Shown here: piece after piece, positions 12,749 through 25,950 of the stretch | Position numbering within the stretch: position 1 is the first letter of the stretch | Layout of the letters: every line of letters begins with the position of its first letter | NCBI RefSeq assembly: GCF_006345805.1 | Contig: NC_043015.1 | Location: 24,242,001 to 24,306,000 of the forward strand | From: Octopus sinensis | Taxonomy: Eukaryota | Direction: 5' to 3' | DNA: 64,000 bases | Notes under the pieces: generated by a model | The model's database searches: none | What the model saw: only the letters and a program-made list of their open reading frames with translations | What the model was told of the DNA's origin: nothing | Translations under genes and position numbers: made by a program

Positions 12749-13752
12749 TGTTTTCTTTATTGACCCCATGGGCCTACATAGAACATACAGGGCTCAAATA
12801 CAGAGGCATAAACGGACACAAACGGAAGGGTTTATCGAGTAAACATATAAAACAAAAACAAAAATTAACAAAATTAAACAAATACAATTTCCCAAAGGCG
12901 GGGAGATTTCCAAGGAAAAAACCGTGCAATCCCCACAGACAATCACGGTTTCCCTTATCACTTAAGTAAATGCTTGCTCTCCCTTTTCAGAAGCGCTGGA
13001 GATGACGCAGCCTCAGCGCATGCCTCAGCATCAGCAACTACGGCATACCACCCCCCCGCACAGCGGCTGTTGACCGCAGATGGACCACCTGACAAGAGGA
13101 ACACGCCCTTTCCACAGAAAGCGAAAGGCGATACGTTCCAACGTGTTTAGGCGTGACATGGGACAAAGCACGACGGTCAGACAGTAATAGATGACGGATT
13201 TGATGTAAGTATTCTCCACCTCTGCCCGACCTTTCAGGGACAGTTTCCTCTCAGCCATATTCTTGATTAGTTTGTGTACCCTGATCGTTACCTCGTCCCA
13301 GTTCTTATTCACCTGGAGGTCTCGACCGAACCAGACTCCGAGTATCTTAACCGGTCCGTCTGGCCAGTGCCCTACGACGCGGTAGTAAGGTATAGACCTG
13401 ATTCTCTAGGTGCCGAGTTGCAGGTCTACAGATTTGTCAGGATTAATCTTCCTGTCACTGCTGATCGCTTCGATGTGCATAGCGTCCGACACGGCTACGG
13501 TGACGTCACCTTCATACGCCGGTACGCTTCTCTCGAATCCTAGCTCTCGCGAGAAACCGCTCAACACCTCCATTTTCTGTAGGAGTAGCTCTAAATTAAA
13601 CACATAGAGGAGAGGCTAGAGCGGGTGACCTTGGCGGACCAAGCGCAAAATACTAACCGACTCCGATAAGGTGGCCATTGACCTTGGCCACCGAAGTGAT
13701 GCCGCCGTAAATTTTCGAGATGCAGCCCCTGAAAACCTGCTGCCAGATGTCG
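12746..13752 (-). mobile_element. Tx1/L1-clade LINE, 5'-truncated and decayed, embedded in (AAT)n
   Basis: VRQGHPL*PLLYVFNLELLLQK, AYEGDVT (degenerate YADD), KINPDKSV, KLSLKGRAEV, FRFLWKGRVPLVRWSICGQQPLCGG; AATAAA near the 3' end; (AAT)n on both sides. Confidence 0.9.
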
Positions 13753-14441
13753 ATAATAATAATAATAATAAAAATAATAATAATAATAAAAATAATAATA
13801 ATAATAATGATGATGATGATTATTATTATTTCAAATAATAGCACGGGTGCTTTATTCGGAACTCTTTTTAAGATTTCGTGTATAGAATGCAGACGTGATG
13901 AATAGTTCTCGGTCCCGTTATTTATAACACGTTTCTATTGACTTCAACGTCTTGTTCTTCCTAATATTTTTATATCTTTCACACAATTATCCCTAATTCT
14001 TTATGCTCCAGTTTCCCTTTCCGTATTGCAGTCTCTAATAAATTCCTACATCAATGTCTGTCTTTTTCTGTCCTCACCATACACATTCGTGTCTATGCTC
14101 AGCATACATATATAGATGTCAGAGGAGATAAGTTTTGAAACAACATATAAAGGATATTTGCGGCAATAAACTACCACCTCACCCGTAGATTTGTCGCATT
14201 TAAGGGTACAAAATGTGTAGAATGAGGGAGAGCATCCACAATAATTCATTTTCACTCACAATAAAATTCTTCACTCAAATGATTGTGGCATTGTATGGAC
14301 TTTGTGGTGAGAATATGTTACCATGACAACCTGTGGCATGTAGAAAGTACATTTGTTGAATATGTGCGTGTGTGTTTGTTTGTGTGTGGGTGTTGGTGTT
14401 AGTTATTGGCTCCTGTTATTCTCTATGACATATATATATAT

Positions 14442-14930
14442 ATAACATAAGGGACTAAAGCCATCTGAATATGGCTAGGGACAGGGCAGGATGGTGGGGG
14501 TGTTACTGTTGCATTTAGCCCCAGGCGAACATCAACGTCGCCAGATAGGCTTGACACCATCACGGTGTCCTTTAACCTGCAAAGGGAGATAATTCCCCGA
14601 TGAAGCGGAAACCACACACGGACCATGGTTTCAAGGTGTATTGCCTATCATCAACGTGTGGTAGGCCCCCGCTTCCTCGACGAAATCTCACTCTGCAGGA
14701 TATTCATATATAGATTTTCAAGCAAAATACATTTGCTGATTTCGAATGGTCCGTGTGTGGTTTCCGCTTCATCGGGGAATTATCTCCCTTTGCAGGTTAA
14801 AGGACACCGTGATGGTGTCAAGCCTATCTGGCGACGTTGATGTTCGCCTGGGGCTAAATGCAACAGTAACACCCCCACCACCCTGCCCTGTCCCTAGCCA
14901 TATTCAGATGGCTTTAGTCCCTTATGTTAT
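14442..14930. repeat. Near-perfect inverted repeat: 185-bp arms, 119-bp spacer
   Basis: 14442-14626 is the reverse complement of 14746-14930 with one mismatch, visible as S vs P in the mirror ORFs 14423-14626(-) and 14746-15015(+). Confidence 0.97.
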
Positions 14931-14964
14931 GGAGCAGTTACTGTCTATATCTCATTTAGAGAAT

Positions 14965-15006
<42 letters not shown>

Positions 15007-15339
15007 AAAAATTGAGGGATTATCAATCCGGACAAAATACTTCATAAACACTCTGTTGGCACACCAGGTTAACAATATTACATAGATTAATGAAGAACTT
15101 CGAGTAATCTTTTGGCAGAGTCCCAAGTTATTGTTCATCACAATTCTGTATTGTAAATCCCTGGATGGGATTCAGATTAACTGGTTTTTACAGAGTGATA
15201 TATAAGAAATAAGTTTAAAATAATGGTGATTACATATCATTCCTTTATAGAGAAAATTTGGCTAACAGCTGTTTCCAGTAGTCATTATAGTTATGTAACT
15301 GATAAGCTTACTCAAATGGTCTATTGATCAAGAGAGGCG

Positions 15340-15411
15340 AATTGAAGACCCAAGAAAATTAATGCTACTTACGTCAGATCCAATAGCATTAATTTTCTTG
15401 GGTTTTCAATT
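15340..15411 (+). other. 28-bp hairpin with 16-nt loop
   Basis: AATTGAAGACCCAAGAAAATTAATGCTA / TAGCATTAATTTTCTTGGGTTTTCAATT; one G:U pair on the + strand. Confidence 0.85.
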
Positions 15412-15546
15412 ATATGTAATGACCATTTTAAACTTGTTTCTTACATATATATATATATACATATATATACATACTAGCTGGCCCTGTGCCCTCAAAATGA
15501 CGCTAAATGTAGTATTATATATATATATAATATATATATATATATG

Positions 15547-15612
<66 letters not shown>

Positions 15613-16253
15613 ATATATACATATGAAGGGTACAAAAAGGTAAAGAAAAATCAAACAGTGCGTCAACTGTATGTATGTGTGTGCGCGCGCGCATATGTAT
15701 ACATTTATATGTATGAGTAGCACAGTGTGTAGCGAAAGCGGGTTTCTATACATTGTCACAGCCCGCTTCCTTCCTTTGTAAGTGCCTGTTTATATATATA
15801 AATATATATGTGTGTGTGTGTAAATATGCGTGTGTCTATACTTATATTTTCTAAGTATCGTTCTAAATAAACTTACACAAACACACTCATTCAAATATAT
15901 AAATATATTTTACTCAAATACACACATACACACAAACATTCACATTCCTCCCCTTTACACGCACACATACTCACACAGCGTTGAAGCATTGATTTTTGTT
16001 TCACTGTTGACTTTTCACCATCCCACTTCCATCCGTGGATCACCCCTTCCTTTCTCATTCATATGTTCTGTCGGAGAAATACACAAGAGTATTATTATAG
16101 TAGAAGATACACGACGCTCTCTTTACCACTTCCTCTCTCCCATTGCTATTACTTTGTCTCACTCTCTCTCAGTCATAGCTATTACTCTCACTACTATTCC
16201 TTCATTGAATTATTACTTTCTCTCCACTCCCTTCACCACTACTGCGTGATTTT

Positions 16254-16292
<39 letters not shown>

Positions 16293-16315
16293 CAAATATA
16301 TAAAACACTACTCTC

Positions 16316-16351
<36 letters not shown>

Positions 16352-17171
16352 AACAAAAATATATAACAACACTACGCTCGTTATATATATATATATACAT
16401 ATATGTATGTATGTATGTATGTATGTATATACACGCATCAACTGTGTTAAGTGCTGTTCAAATCTCGCACTACTTTGCGTTACTGCTCTATATTTATGGA
16501 GCATCCAGTAAGTGTTTGCTGTGACTTGCTAAAATTCATATTTATAACTATTAGTAAATACGAAAGCTTTGGTTTTCTCACATGAGTTATGTAACAACGA
16601 AATTACAGCACAAAGGAGAAATATACAAAAGCAAAACAAAAACGTAATTAAGCAAACAGACAAAATAAAATATTGTTATTTTGTCTTACAGTTATAATAT
16701 TACTATAGTCATTGCAGCTGTATAAAGGGAATGATCATATTAAGTTATAATTAATGCGTCTTAATGTGGTATATAATTAATAATTCATTTACCGTGTGTA
16801 CATACATACATACATGAATACACACACATACGGACACGCACACACGTTTGCATGTATGTAGACATGTATGTATCATATATATATATATAGATAGATTGAT
16901 ATATATAGATAGATTGATATATATGTGTGTGTATATATATAGAGAGAGAGTGAGAGAGATAGATAGATTGCTATATATGTGTGTACATATATAACCACAC
17001 ACACCGCCCTAACAAAATAAGGAGTATCTCAGCTCTTAGGACTGCTTCTCTCTCAACATAAGATTAAAGTACTACTTTGAGACCCAAGTTACAGTAAACT
17101 TTTTTTTAAAGGGTGAATGGGAGGATCGCGTTTCGTAGAAGTGACATTTCCCCCCCCCCGAAACATTTTGT

Positions 17172-17465
17172 AGGGGCAGTTATGGCTGTGTGGTAAAAAG
17201 TTTGCTTCCAAACAACACACGTGGATCCGAGTTCAGTTTCACTACGTAGCACCTTGGGCGAGTGTCTACTTCCATAACCTCGGCTGACCAAAACTTGTGA
17301 AGGAAATTGATGGCCGGAAACTGTAAGAATCCCGCTGCATGTATATATGTATGTGTGTGTATCTTTCTGTCTGCGTTTGCCATCTTATCTCTGCTTGACA
17401 ACCGGTGCTGGTGTGTTTACGTCCTCGTAAATTAGCGTTTCCGCAAAAGAATTCTTGTGCGTCTG
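17172..17465 (+). mobile_element. SINE family B (tRNA-like head plus CORE-like ACCTTGGGC.AGTG)
   Basis: TGGCTGTGTGGTAA A-box, GAGTTCAGT B-box, CTTGACAACCGGTGCTGGTGTGTTTACGTC 3' part. Confidence 0.85.
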
Positions 17466-17620
17466 TGTCTATTTACACTCACGTATATGGTGTCTCTCTG
17501 CTCCTTGCAGACCTTCACTTCTTTTGTGAACAACAAACTATACTGTATACAAAAGACAATTACTTAGAACATTTCCCAAGTAAATGTATGCCTTGTATAT
17601 ATATATGGAAAAAGAAGTCA

Positions 17621-17963
17621 AGGTAGAAAATGCTAAAATGGTTTTATAAAACCCATTTCATTCCCTTTTTCAATCATTGAAACTTTTTCAACTGTAAGTA
17701 TGGAAAACAAATTTTGGAAAAGTTTTTCAAAAGAATATTTGCATAGTATTGAAATACAAGGGGCATTTTCTTTGATTCTGTCTGTCTAGAAACAAGGAAA
17801 ATGCCCCTTGTACTTGAACACTATGCAAATATTCTTTTGAAAATTTTTTCTTTCAACTTTTCCAAAATTTAATTGTTTTCCATACTTACAGCTGAAAAAG
17901 TCTTAATGACTGAAACTGGTACTGAAATGGTTTTTTATAAAATTATTTTAGCATTTTCTACCT
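17621..17963. mobile_element. Foldback MITE with long imperfect inverted arms
   Basis: AGGTAGAAAATGCTAAAA...TTTTAGCATTTTCTACCT termini; inner TACAAGGGGCATTTTC / GAAAATGCCCCTTGTA; loop of ~26 nt at 17771-17796. Confidence 0.85.
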
Positions 17964-18984
17964 AAAATAATTTAATATAAAACCATTTCAGTTCCATACA
18001 TACGTACATACATACATACATACATACATACATACAAATGCATATACACGAATAACTAAATATACAAGTGTGTACAGTTCGTTCAGTGCAAATGAGAAGG
18101 AAATGCTCTCAAATATCGATGTGTTTGTTCCCTTGAGTGAATGTGTGTGGTGGGGAGTAGTGTTAAAGCCCGAGATTTGTCCTTCTTGAACTCCAAGTTA
18201 CAAGATTTTTTGCGGAATAGTTTCCTTCCTTTTGTTGAAATCCTTTTGCAGCAAAATGTTACAGCATGAACCAAATGACATTTCTACTTTTGTTCTAATT
18301 TTTTTTTTGTTTCCTGTATGGTGTATCGATATAAATGCACTGCAAACTTGTCAACCGAGTCTTTAAAACGTAGCTTTAACTGTTTTGCAGATCTTTACAA
18401 TTGTGGTTTCTAGAAGATTCGATACAACGAAAACTTGCCATTTATTTAACATTAAAACAGAAACAAAAAAAAAATCATGAACGTCGCATCCAACATAGTT
18501 TCAATCATCCTATACCTATTTTAGTGATATTTCGTACATAATCATTTGAAAAGTTTCAATAGAATTAATGATAAATTCAGTTACAGTTGTACACAAAAAT
18601 TGCTAACTGCTTTAATGGGGATAAAGAAGTATATATTCCAAATAGTTAACTGCAACGAAATTGTACTGCCAAAATATGTGACCAGTTTAAAAGATGGATG
18701 TAACAAAGAATCTGTTGAAGCAAAGATGGCGTCCCACTATTGTTGATGATAGAATATTTATTGTTACTCTAAGGATACTTTTAATACAAAGTGTATATAC
18801 TCGGTCTGCATAGATTTCAGTTTGATGCATTAGTTAAGTGAACACTATGATTGTCGATCCTCTAGGTTAAGAGGAATAAGGATACTTGACACAAAAGATA
18901 CCGGTTTTCACACTAGAGGTCACTATAATTACATACAGACATACTTACGCTGTTCACCGTCAGTGTCCTTATGTGTGTGTACAT

Positions 18985-19335
18985 ATTACTCTTTTACCTC
19001 AGTCATTTGACTGCGGCCATGCTGGAGGACACCCTTTAGTCGAGCAAATCGACCCCTGGACATATTTTTTGTAAGCCTTGTAATTATTCTATCGGTCTCT
19101 TTATGGGGACGTAAACACACCAGCATCGGTTGTCAAGCGATGCTGGGGGGGGGGACATACACAGACACACAACACACACACATATATATACATATGCATA
19201 TAAACGACGGGTTTCTTTCAGTTTCTATCTGCCAAATTCACTCACAAGGCTTGCCCAAGGTGCCATGCAGTGGGATTGAACATGGAACCATGTGATTGGG
19301 AACCAAGCTTCTTACCACACAACCACTCCTGCACC
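18985..19335 (-). mobile_element. SINE family B with a small internal deletion
   Basis: TCATTTGACTGCGGCCATGCTGG...CCCAAGGTGCCATGCAGTGGGA...TTACCACACAACCACTCCTGC. Confidence 0.88.
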
Positions 19336-19376
<41 letters not shown>

Positions 19377-19885
19377 ATAACAATAACAACAATAATAATG
19401 TTGATAATAATTTTTTATTTGGCCGCAAGAGCTTATTTAATGTTACATGAAGAGACAAAGACGAATGGATTTTCTGGCATATCTACAAATGTTTTATTAG
19501 GGAATTTTGTGATATAACATCATACAAGTTGGCGTGTAATATTCATAAGGTTATGCAATACGTTACATAGAAACCCTAACACATCTTTTATTGATATTCT
19601 GTAAAATCCATTCTTTATTATCATACTACGCCATGCTTATATACATAGATAATTATATCTGAGGATATTATTGTTTATAATATAAGTGGCTTAGCATGCG
19701 TAAAACCAATAATGGTAAAAGAAATTGTCAATTAATAATTGAGGGTAATAACAAGCAGTAGCATCATGCTAAATATACCAGTCATTGATACGGGGTTTTA
19801 GAAAATTTATTCATTTGCCTGCTTTCACCTTTGTGTCTTTGTGTTTAAGTCATTTTGACTGCTATATATATATATTATATATATA

Positions 19886-19974
<89 letters not shown>

Positions 19975-20300
19975 TAATGCACCGTTCCTTTATTGGTGAG
20001 TTCAACAAAAGTACTTCATCCATGAGAGGTAAATATTGTTCGAGTCAGAGTGATTGCCTAAAAATACACAAGACGCTGTACAAGCTCGTCCGGTCATTGT
20101 TTTTTCAGAAGCATGAAACTCATAGCAGTTCTTTTCAAATTTTCTGCGCGCGCGCGTGTGTGCGTGCGGAATATACCAAATTCGCAATTTCTTTGTAGTA
20201 TCTTTTGTACAGTCTTAGAAATTGTACGATATACTTGTTAATTCTGTTGCACTGGTCGATCATTGCTAGTCCTACTGCCGGGGTAGGTCCTAGTCACTCG

Positions 20301-20348
20301 GACTACTGAAGAAGTTGAAGTAGGAATCTTATGCTGAAACGTCTGTGC
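20301..20348 (+). ncRNA. Minimal hammerhead-ribozyme-like motif (Penelope type), eroded stem I
   Basis: CTGAAGA (20306-20312), AG...CT stem II, GAAA (20336-20339), palindromic ACGT stem III and GUC triplet. Confidence 0.4.
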
Positions 20349-21399
20349 AACAGACCTGGTGTCTAGAAATCACTGCAACATGGCTGACAACAAGAGGGCA
20401 AGAATAAGGAGAGTTTAGTGTTATGTGCTGGGGGGAGGGAGTGAAAGCTAAGGCTAAAAGGTATCGGTCAACGGAGATGGGAAAGTGTAATGTCCATTAA
20501 GGATTTCATATCTGAGATGTTAGCCACGAAATTTTCTCTAGCGCAGAGAACAAAATTCTTTGCAGCATTTCTTCCGGCCCGTTATGTAACCAGTTAAAAC
20601 CCTACCGAGATTGCCTTTCATCTTTTTGTAGTCAATAAAATAACTGCCAGTCGAACACTGGGTTTATAAAATCGACTAACCCCTTCCATTGACATTTCAG
20701 GGCTTGTGCTAATAGTAGAAAGAATTAATTACACACACATACACACACTCACAGAAGCGACTCTACTCACATAATCACACACACATATATACATTATCCT
20801 GAAGAAATAACGCTGGTATACATATGTTTCTGTGCGTCACACGAACATATATAGTTATACACATTGTGGGTTTGTAATGTTTTTTTTAATCAACAATCTA
20901 TACCATTCACTAGGTAGACTTGTTTCCCCTAATCTATTTCCATCTGACGCCTGAACAGGTGTAATGTTGTCATTATACCGAGACAATAAATATATTACTA
21001 TTACTTTTATGATATGTTTGTGTTTCTATTCACTCGGTATTTCATTTAAATACTTAAATGTTTGAGGTGAGTCGTTAGTAATGAAATTATTTTTTTCTTT
21101 CAGACTATTAATTTCACCTTTCGATTTTGGTAAAGTGTTTTTCAATATTTTTATCTACACCACCTTTACTATACTGCTTTGATCTCTGATTGTCATCAGG
21201 TGTCTCATTCCTGTATATATACATAATCTTACAACTATGTTCAAGTTAGGAATCTATATTTTAAATTAAGTATAGTGTGGTTCTTATCCCCCCAGACTAC
21301 TGAGGTATGGGGAAAGCAATGTCTTTGATAATTTGAATATCGTAGTCGATTTGCTCTGATGAACTAATTTGTGTCATGTATTTCAGAATATTGTTTTCA

Positions 21400-21590
21400 A
21401 ATGTTGGCCCTGAGCCAGCAGTTTTTAAAGAAAGGAGAAAGTCCATTTTCCCGACCGCAGCACTTGACCGGCACAGAATTTATCGACTTATCGACTATGA
21501 AAGGCAGAGTTGAACTCAGAACGGAAAACCGGACGAAATGCCGCTAAGCATTTTACCCGGTGTGCAAACGATTTTGCCACTTGTCTGTCT
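21400..21590 (-). mobile_element. SINE family A
   Basis: Reverse complement of GAACTCAGAACG...GACGAAATGCCGCTAAGCATTT...AACGATTTTGCCA. Confidence 0.8.
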
Positions 21591-22019
21591 TAATTTATTT
21601 CAGATTATTAAAGTCACTTTTAGATATGAAATAACAATTATTCTCTATGCAGAGGCACGCTGTCACCACTCGGAATAGTGCAATAAATGTCAACAACTCT
21701 TCACAATTCAGAACACACATTTCTCATGTCCTCTGCGTTTCTCGACGTGAAACAGCAAAGAGTATTAGGATAATCCTAAATAGCATCAACAAAACACACA
21801 TGGAAATCCAATAAAGAAAAACAAAGGTGGTCTCCACTGGCCTGATCATTAAGCTTAACAGTTTGAAGATAAAATTTGGTGATACAGAATATGGAGTTCC
21901 GTTTGGCTTAGAAAATACACCAGAGTAAAATTGATTGAGAAAATTACTCGATAAAGAGATAATCAAACAATTTATAATAAATTAGGCATCACTCTCTGCA
22001 ACAAAAGCGATAATATAAT

Positions 22020-22150
22020 AATCATCATCGATCTATCGATGTAGCAGTACCTAATGACGATGAAGTTGAAGAGAAGTGAGGAGAAAATGTAAAGAGTTGC
22101 ACCGACCGGCTTGAAGAATTAAACGGCACAGGTATCACCGCAGGATTCAA
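22020..22150 (+). mobile_element. Possible R4/Dong-type restriction-like endonuclease remnant
   Basis: IDVAVPNDDEVEEK*GENVKSCTDRLEEL resembles the IDV.VP.D.N..KE.EK..KY..L motif; short and contains a stop. Confidence 0.3.
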
Positions 22151-22904
22151 AATTTCCTTTCTCACTCATGAGATTCTAGCTTCAGTTCCACGGCATAGTG
22201 ATTTCCATATGCTTATTTACAATAGTCTCAGATCAACCTGATTAGGGTTGATCTAAATGGATGATCACAAAAAATGTGAAGTCTACCAGATGAATAAAGA
22301 ATATAATTCAAGCAGCAATCTTTGGGAAACACGATGGCAGCTGGACTCTGATGTTTATGTTAAAGCACAAGTGTTTGTTATGATACTCAACCACTTAAAG
22401 ACTAAGTATTTCTTTAACTGCCCAGCTAAAATGCTCGTCGTCGAAAGAGTCTAGGATCTATTTCTCTTTACTTTTAATTTGAAAAAATGGGTGGATAAAC
22501 AACCGGATAAATATCCAGCCGTTTATGTAAATTAAAACAATGAAGACATCCACGGAAATAGTTATACTGTGTATGTGTGTATCATTTTAAGTTATTCTCC
22601 AGATAAGTTATATCTGTTAATAACAGATAAGTTAATCTGTTAATCAGCAACGTTCATCATCTGCTTCGGTATTTTGGTTTAACTTTGACATTGTCTACGA
22701 TAACGTTGTTCATGAATTGTAAACGGAACAATTTTACACGTATTTTCCATTCAACAATATTTTAATATAAAATTTCTGTGTTAAACTGGAAAGGCTTACC
22801 AATGTTTTCCATTCCATGATGCACCAAATTCTTTTACGAAAGGTTAAGTTCTTGATGATTTTCTCGAACGGGAACCAAAGTTATCAAATAATACTTAATT
22901 TTAA

Positions 22905-23090
22905 CGCGGGTCTACAAAGTGGCCGATTGCTTAGGGAGTTGAGTTTACGATCGTAATGCATGGGTTCGATTTCCAATCCTGAAGATGTTTTGTCTTTGGG
23001 AGAGATACTACATTTTTGTGTTCAAGGCTAAAAAGCTGCAAATGAGCACCAGGAGAGTGCTGCTGCATCCCTTGTTGGCGTTATGCAGGA
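22905..23090 (+). mobile_element. SINE family C (CORE-like), degenerate
   Basis: GTGGCCGATTG...TTTACGATCGTAA...GGGTTCGATTTCC head resembling the 39990 copy. Confidence 0.55.
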
Positions 23091-23420
23091 GGCAACAGCG
23101 AAAAGGGATGGCCGAGAGAATGTCTGACTGCCCACGGTTATATAGGCACCATACACTATTAGCGAAAGAATGGCTCAGGTTACCGAGGAATATGTCGACT
23201 ATGATTTTTATAGTTCTTGCAGATTTTGAGACGAGAGCAAATTTTGAGACGAAGGCTTAATTACCATATATTAATGGAGCTTATTTTATTGTGTTCGAAT
23301 GAAATACATATATTTAAATATTAGAGGAAAAAACAAAGCCAAAAATTTCGTTGCTCTCACGAGGAAAGGTTAACAGAAAAAAATTAATCTCTTCTTCTGA
23401 TAGTTCATTTTATGTGCCCA

Positions 23421-23491
<71 letters not shown>

Positions 23492-23505
23492 ACGACCACA
23501 TACAC

Positions 23506-23555
<50 letters not shown>

Positions 23556-23967
23556 TATATACACGAGCACATACACATATATATATATATATATAAACAC
23601 ACACATACGTATGAAATTGTTCAGAAAGCTGTATAGAGGTAGTCGGCTCGGATTAATAACTATAAAGCCGTACTAACACTGAGACCTATTAAATAACATT
23701 ATATTGTATATATTATTACGATCAATAAAACAAAAATTACTAATAAGTTATTTTTTAGTTTTTTCTTATTTTCTTTTTTTTACTGATTTGTTGCTGTTTT
23801 CTGTATCAATTGTCTCATGATAGATAATTGAAAATCACTGATGTAAGCGGCCCCAAATAGATATCGAGTTTGTGAGGAGTTTCTTCTAATAAAAACATTA
23901 TTTTGCCATAAACTTGTTTGAAACAAAAGTAATAACGCATCCATTTATATATATAATATGTATATAT

Positions 23968-24001
<34 letters not shown>

Positions 24002-24247
24002 AACGTACATATATATATGTGTGTGTGTGTGAGCGTGCGTGCTCATGTGTATGTATATGTGTGTGCGTGCTCGTGTGTATGTAGATGTGCTTTTGTGTAT
24101 GCAAAACAGAAAAAGAGCCTGTTTATTAAGATATTTTGTTACACGCATTTCATTAAGATTGAATATTAGTTATATAATGTAAATTCCATAAATATTTTTA
24201 TTTCATGAACAATCCCTCTTGTTTTGTTTTGAATTGTATAATATATA

Positions 24248-24294
<47 letters not shown>

Positions 24295-25173
24295 GTGTGT
24301 ATTTATGTATACGTCACTAAAGTGACAGAGAGCACTATGTAGTACCAGCATTGCTAGATATAAGAGTCAAAACAACACAAATAGCCAGAGAAACACTATG
24401 TTAATGACTAACAAGGGAGACATGCTCCCTTTGCGGACATAACTACATCACAGACAATCTCGAATTTTAACGCTACAGCATCTGAATTCTCATCGGTGGC
24501 TGTTACTGTGCCTAGAGTTTAACTCAACTCACCTGGTCAGCTATCTTGCTTGTTGCAAATCAGTGACCGATGGTTGCTTTGTTTACAATTCTTTCCTGGC
24601 CGGAGCGGACCTGGCTATCGCGCAGGCGATCTGATACTCGAGACGGAAGATAAGCCAACCTGCTTGAAACTGAGTCAGTCTCGTGATCCTATTGTCTGCT
24701 GGAGGATGGCAGGGGTCCACTCCCCTTGTCAGCAATATATATTGTACATAAATGGTGCAGTGCCGCACTGATAAACAGCTGGCGGAAGATCTGCCTGGGG
24801 TTAAACTAGTAGTAACATGGAGTAGACACTTTGATGTGGCGATTGACTTCTTGATATTTTACAACTAGATATGTTGCTTTCATATTTATATATAGTTATA
24901 CAAAAGGAATAATTAATGATATTATAGACGATAAAAGATAGTGCTCCATGTTACGAGAATGATATGCTTTATAGCTTATAGTTTACAACAACGCTATCTT
25001 AGAGTGATTTGAAGGGTTCTGTGAGAGCCTAATCTGTAAACTCAAAGTTACAGAATAAACAGGGAAACCCATTATGTCTTTTATATGTAATTCTTACTGT
25101 TTTGTCAAGAACACATTTGAAAGAGGTTGAGAATATGCGCCACTAGCCCACACACCATTTGTACGGTTTATAA

Positions 25174-25260
<87 letters not shown>

Positions 25261-25950
25261 TTTGAAAGAACATGTGCCATAAGTGAGATGGATAAAGAGG
25301 TGATTAACCGAGCGATTCAGAAATTAAACTGCAACAACTCTCTTGTAAAGAAACCTACTTCCAGTTTCTTTCTTCACGCCTAGATAATCGCAAGAGCTTA
25401 GTCAACAGACTAAATTCATGTGGGTTATGTCCCCTTCTCTCTGATACAATGGTTTCGTAAATTACTGAAATGGTCTACATACAACCGCAACGGTCAGCAT
25501 GACTAGAGTGACGACAATCTACCATTCAATAGAAATGGTTATTTCATCAGTACATATGCTCAGACATTTGCGAGTATATAAGTGCATATGCACTTGTATC
25601 TATATAGAGTGCATGTGGATATATAAGTCTGCACGTCAAGCTCTATACCTATGTGTTTGTATCGCTCTCTCTCTCTCAGTTTATATGTATATATGTGTGT
25701 GTATGTTTGCGTGTGTAATTACACATACACGTGTTTACGCATTTAAATATGCCTGTATATGTCTAAGTGCAAGAATGCATCTGTGTGTACGTAACTATGT
25801 ATAATTACATTTTTCATTTTCTTCTTATAGGTTTCTTTGCATTCATACAGATTCATTTTGACTAATGTCTTCAGTGATCTTTAGTCAATCCAGTCTACAA
25901 TGTTTGATTTTGTTTCATACAGAATACATTTATATTATTCCATGACCAAA

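Noticed and set aside
14423-15015. Two near-identical ORFs on opposite strands (MVRVWFPLHRG...)
   Set aside because: A consequence of the inverted repeat, not evidence of coding.
21066-21130. Strong + strand donor (GAG|GTGAGT) and acceptor (TTTTCTTTCAG)
   Set aside because: The implied intron is only ~37 nt and there is no supporting coding context; similar case at ~8290-8330.
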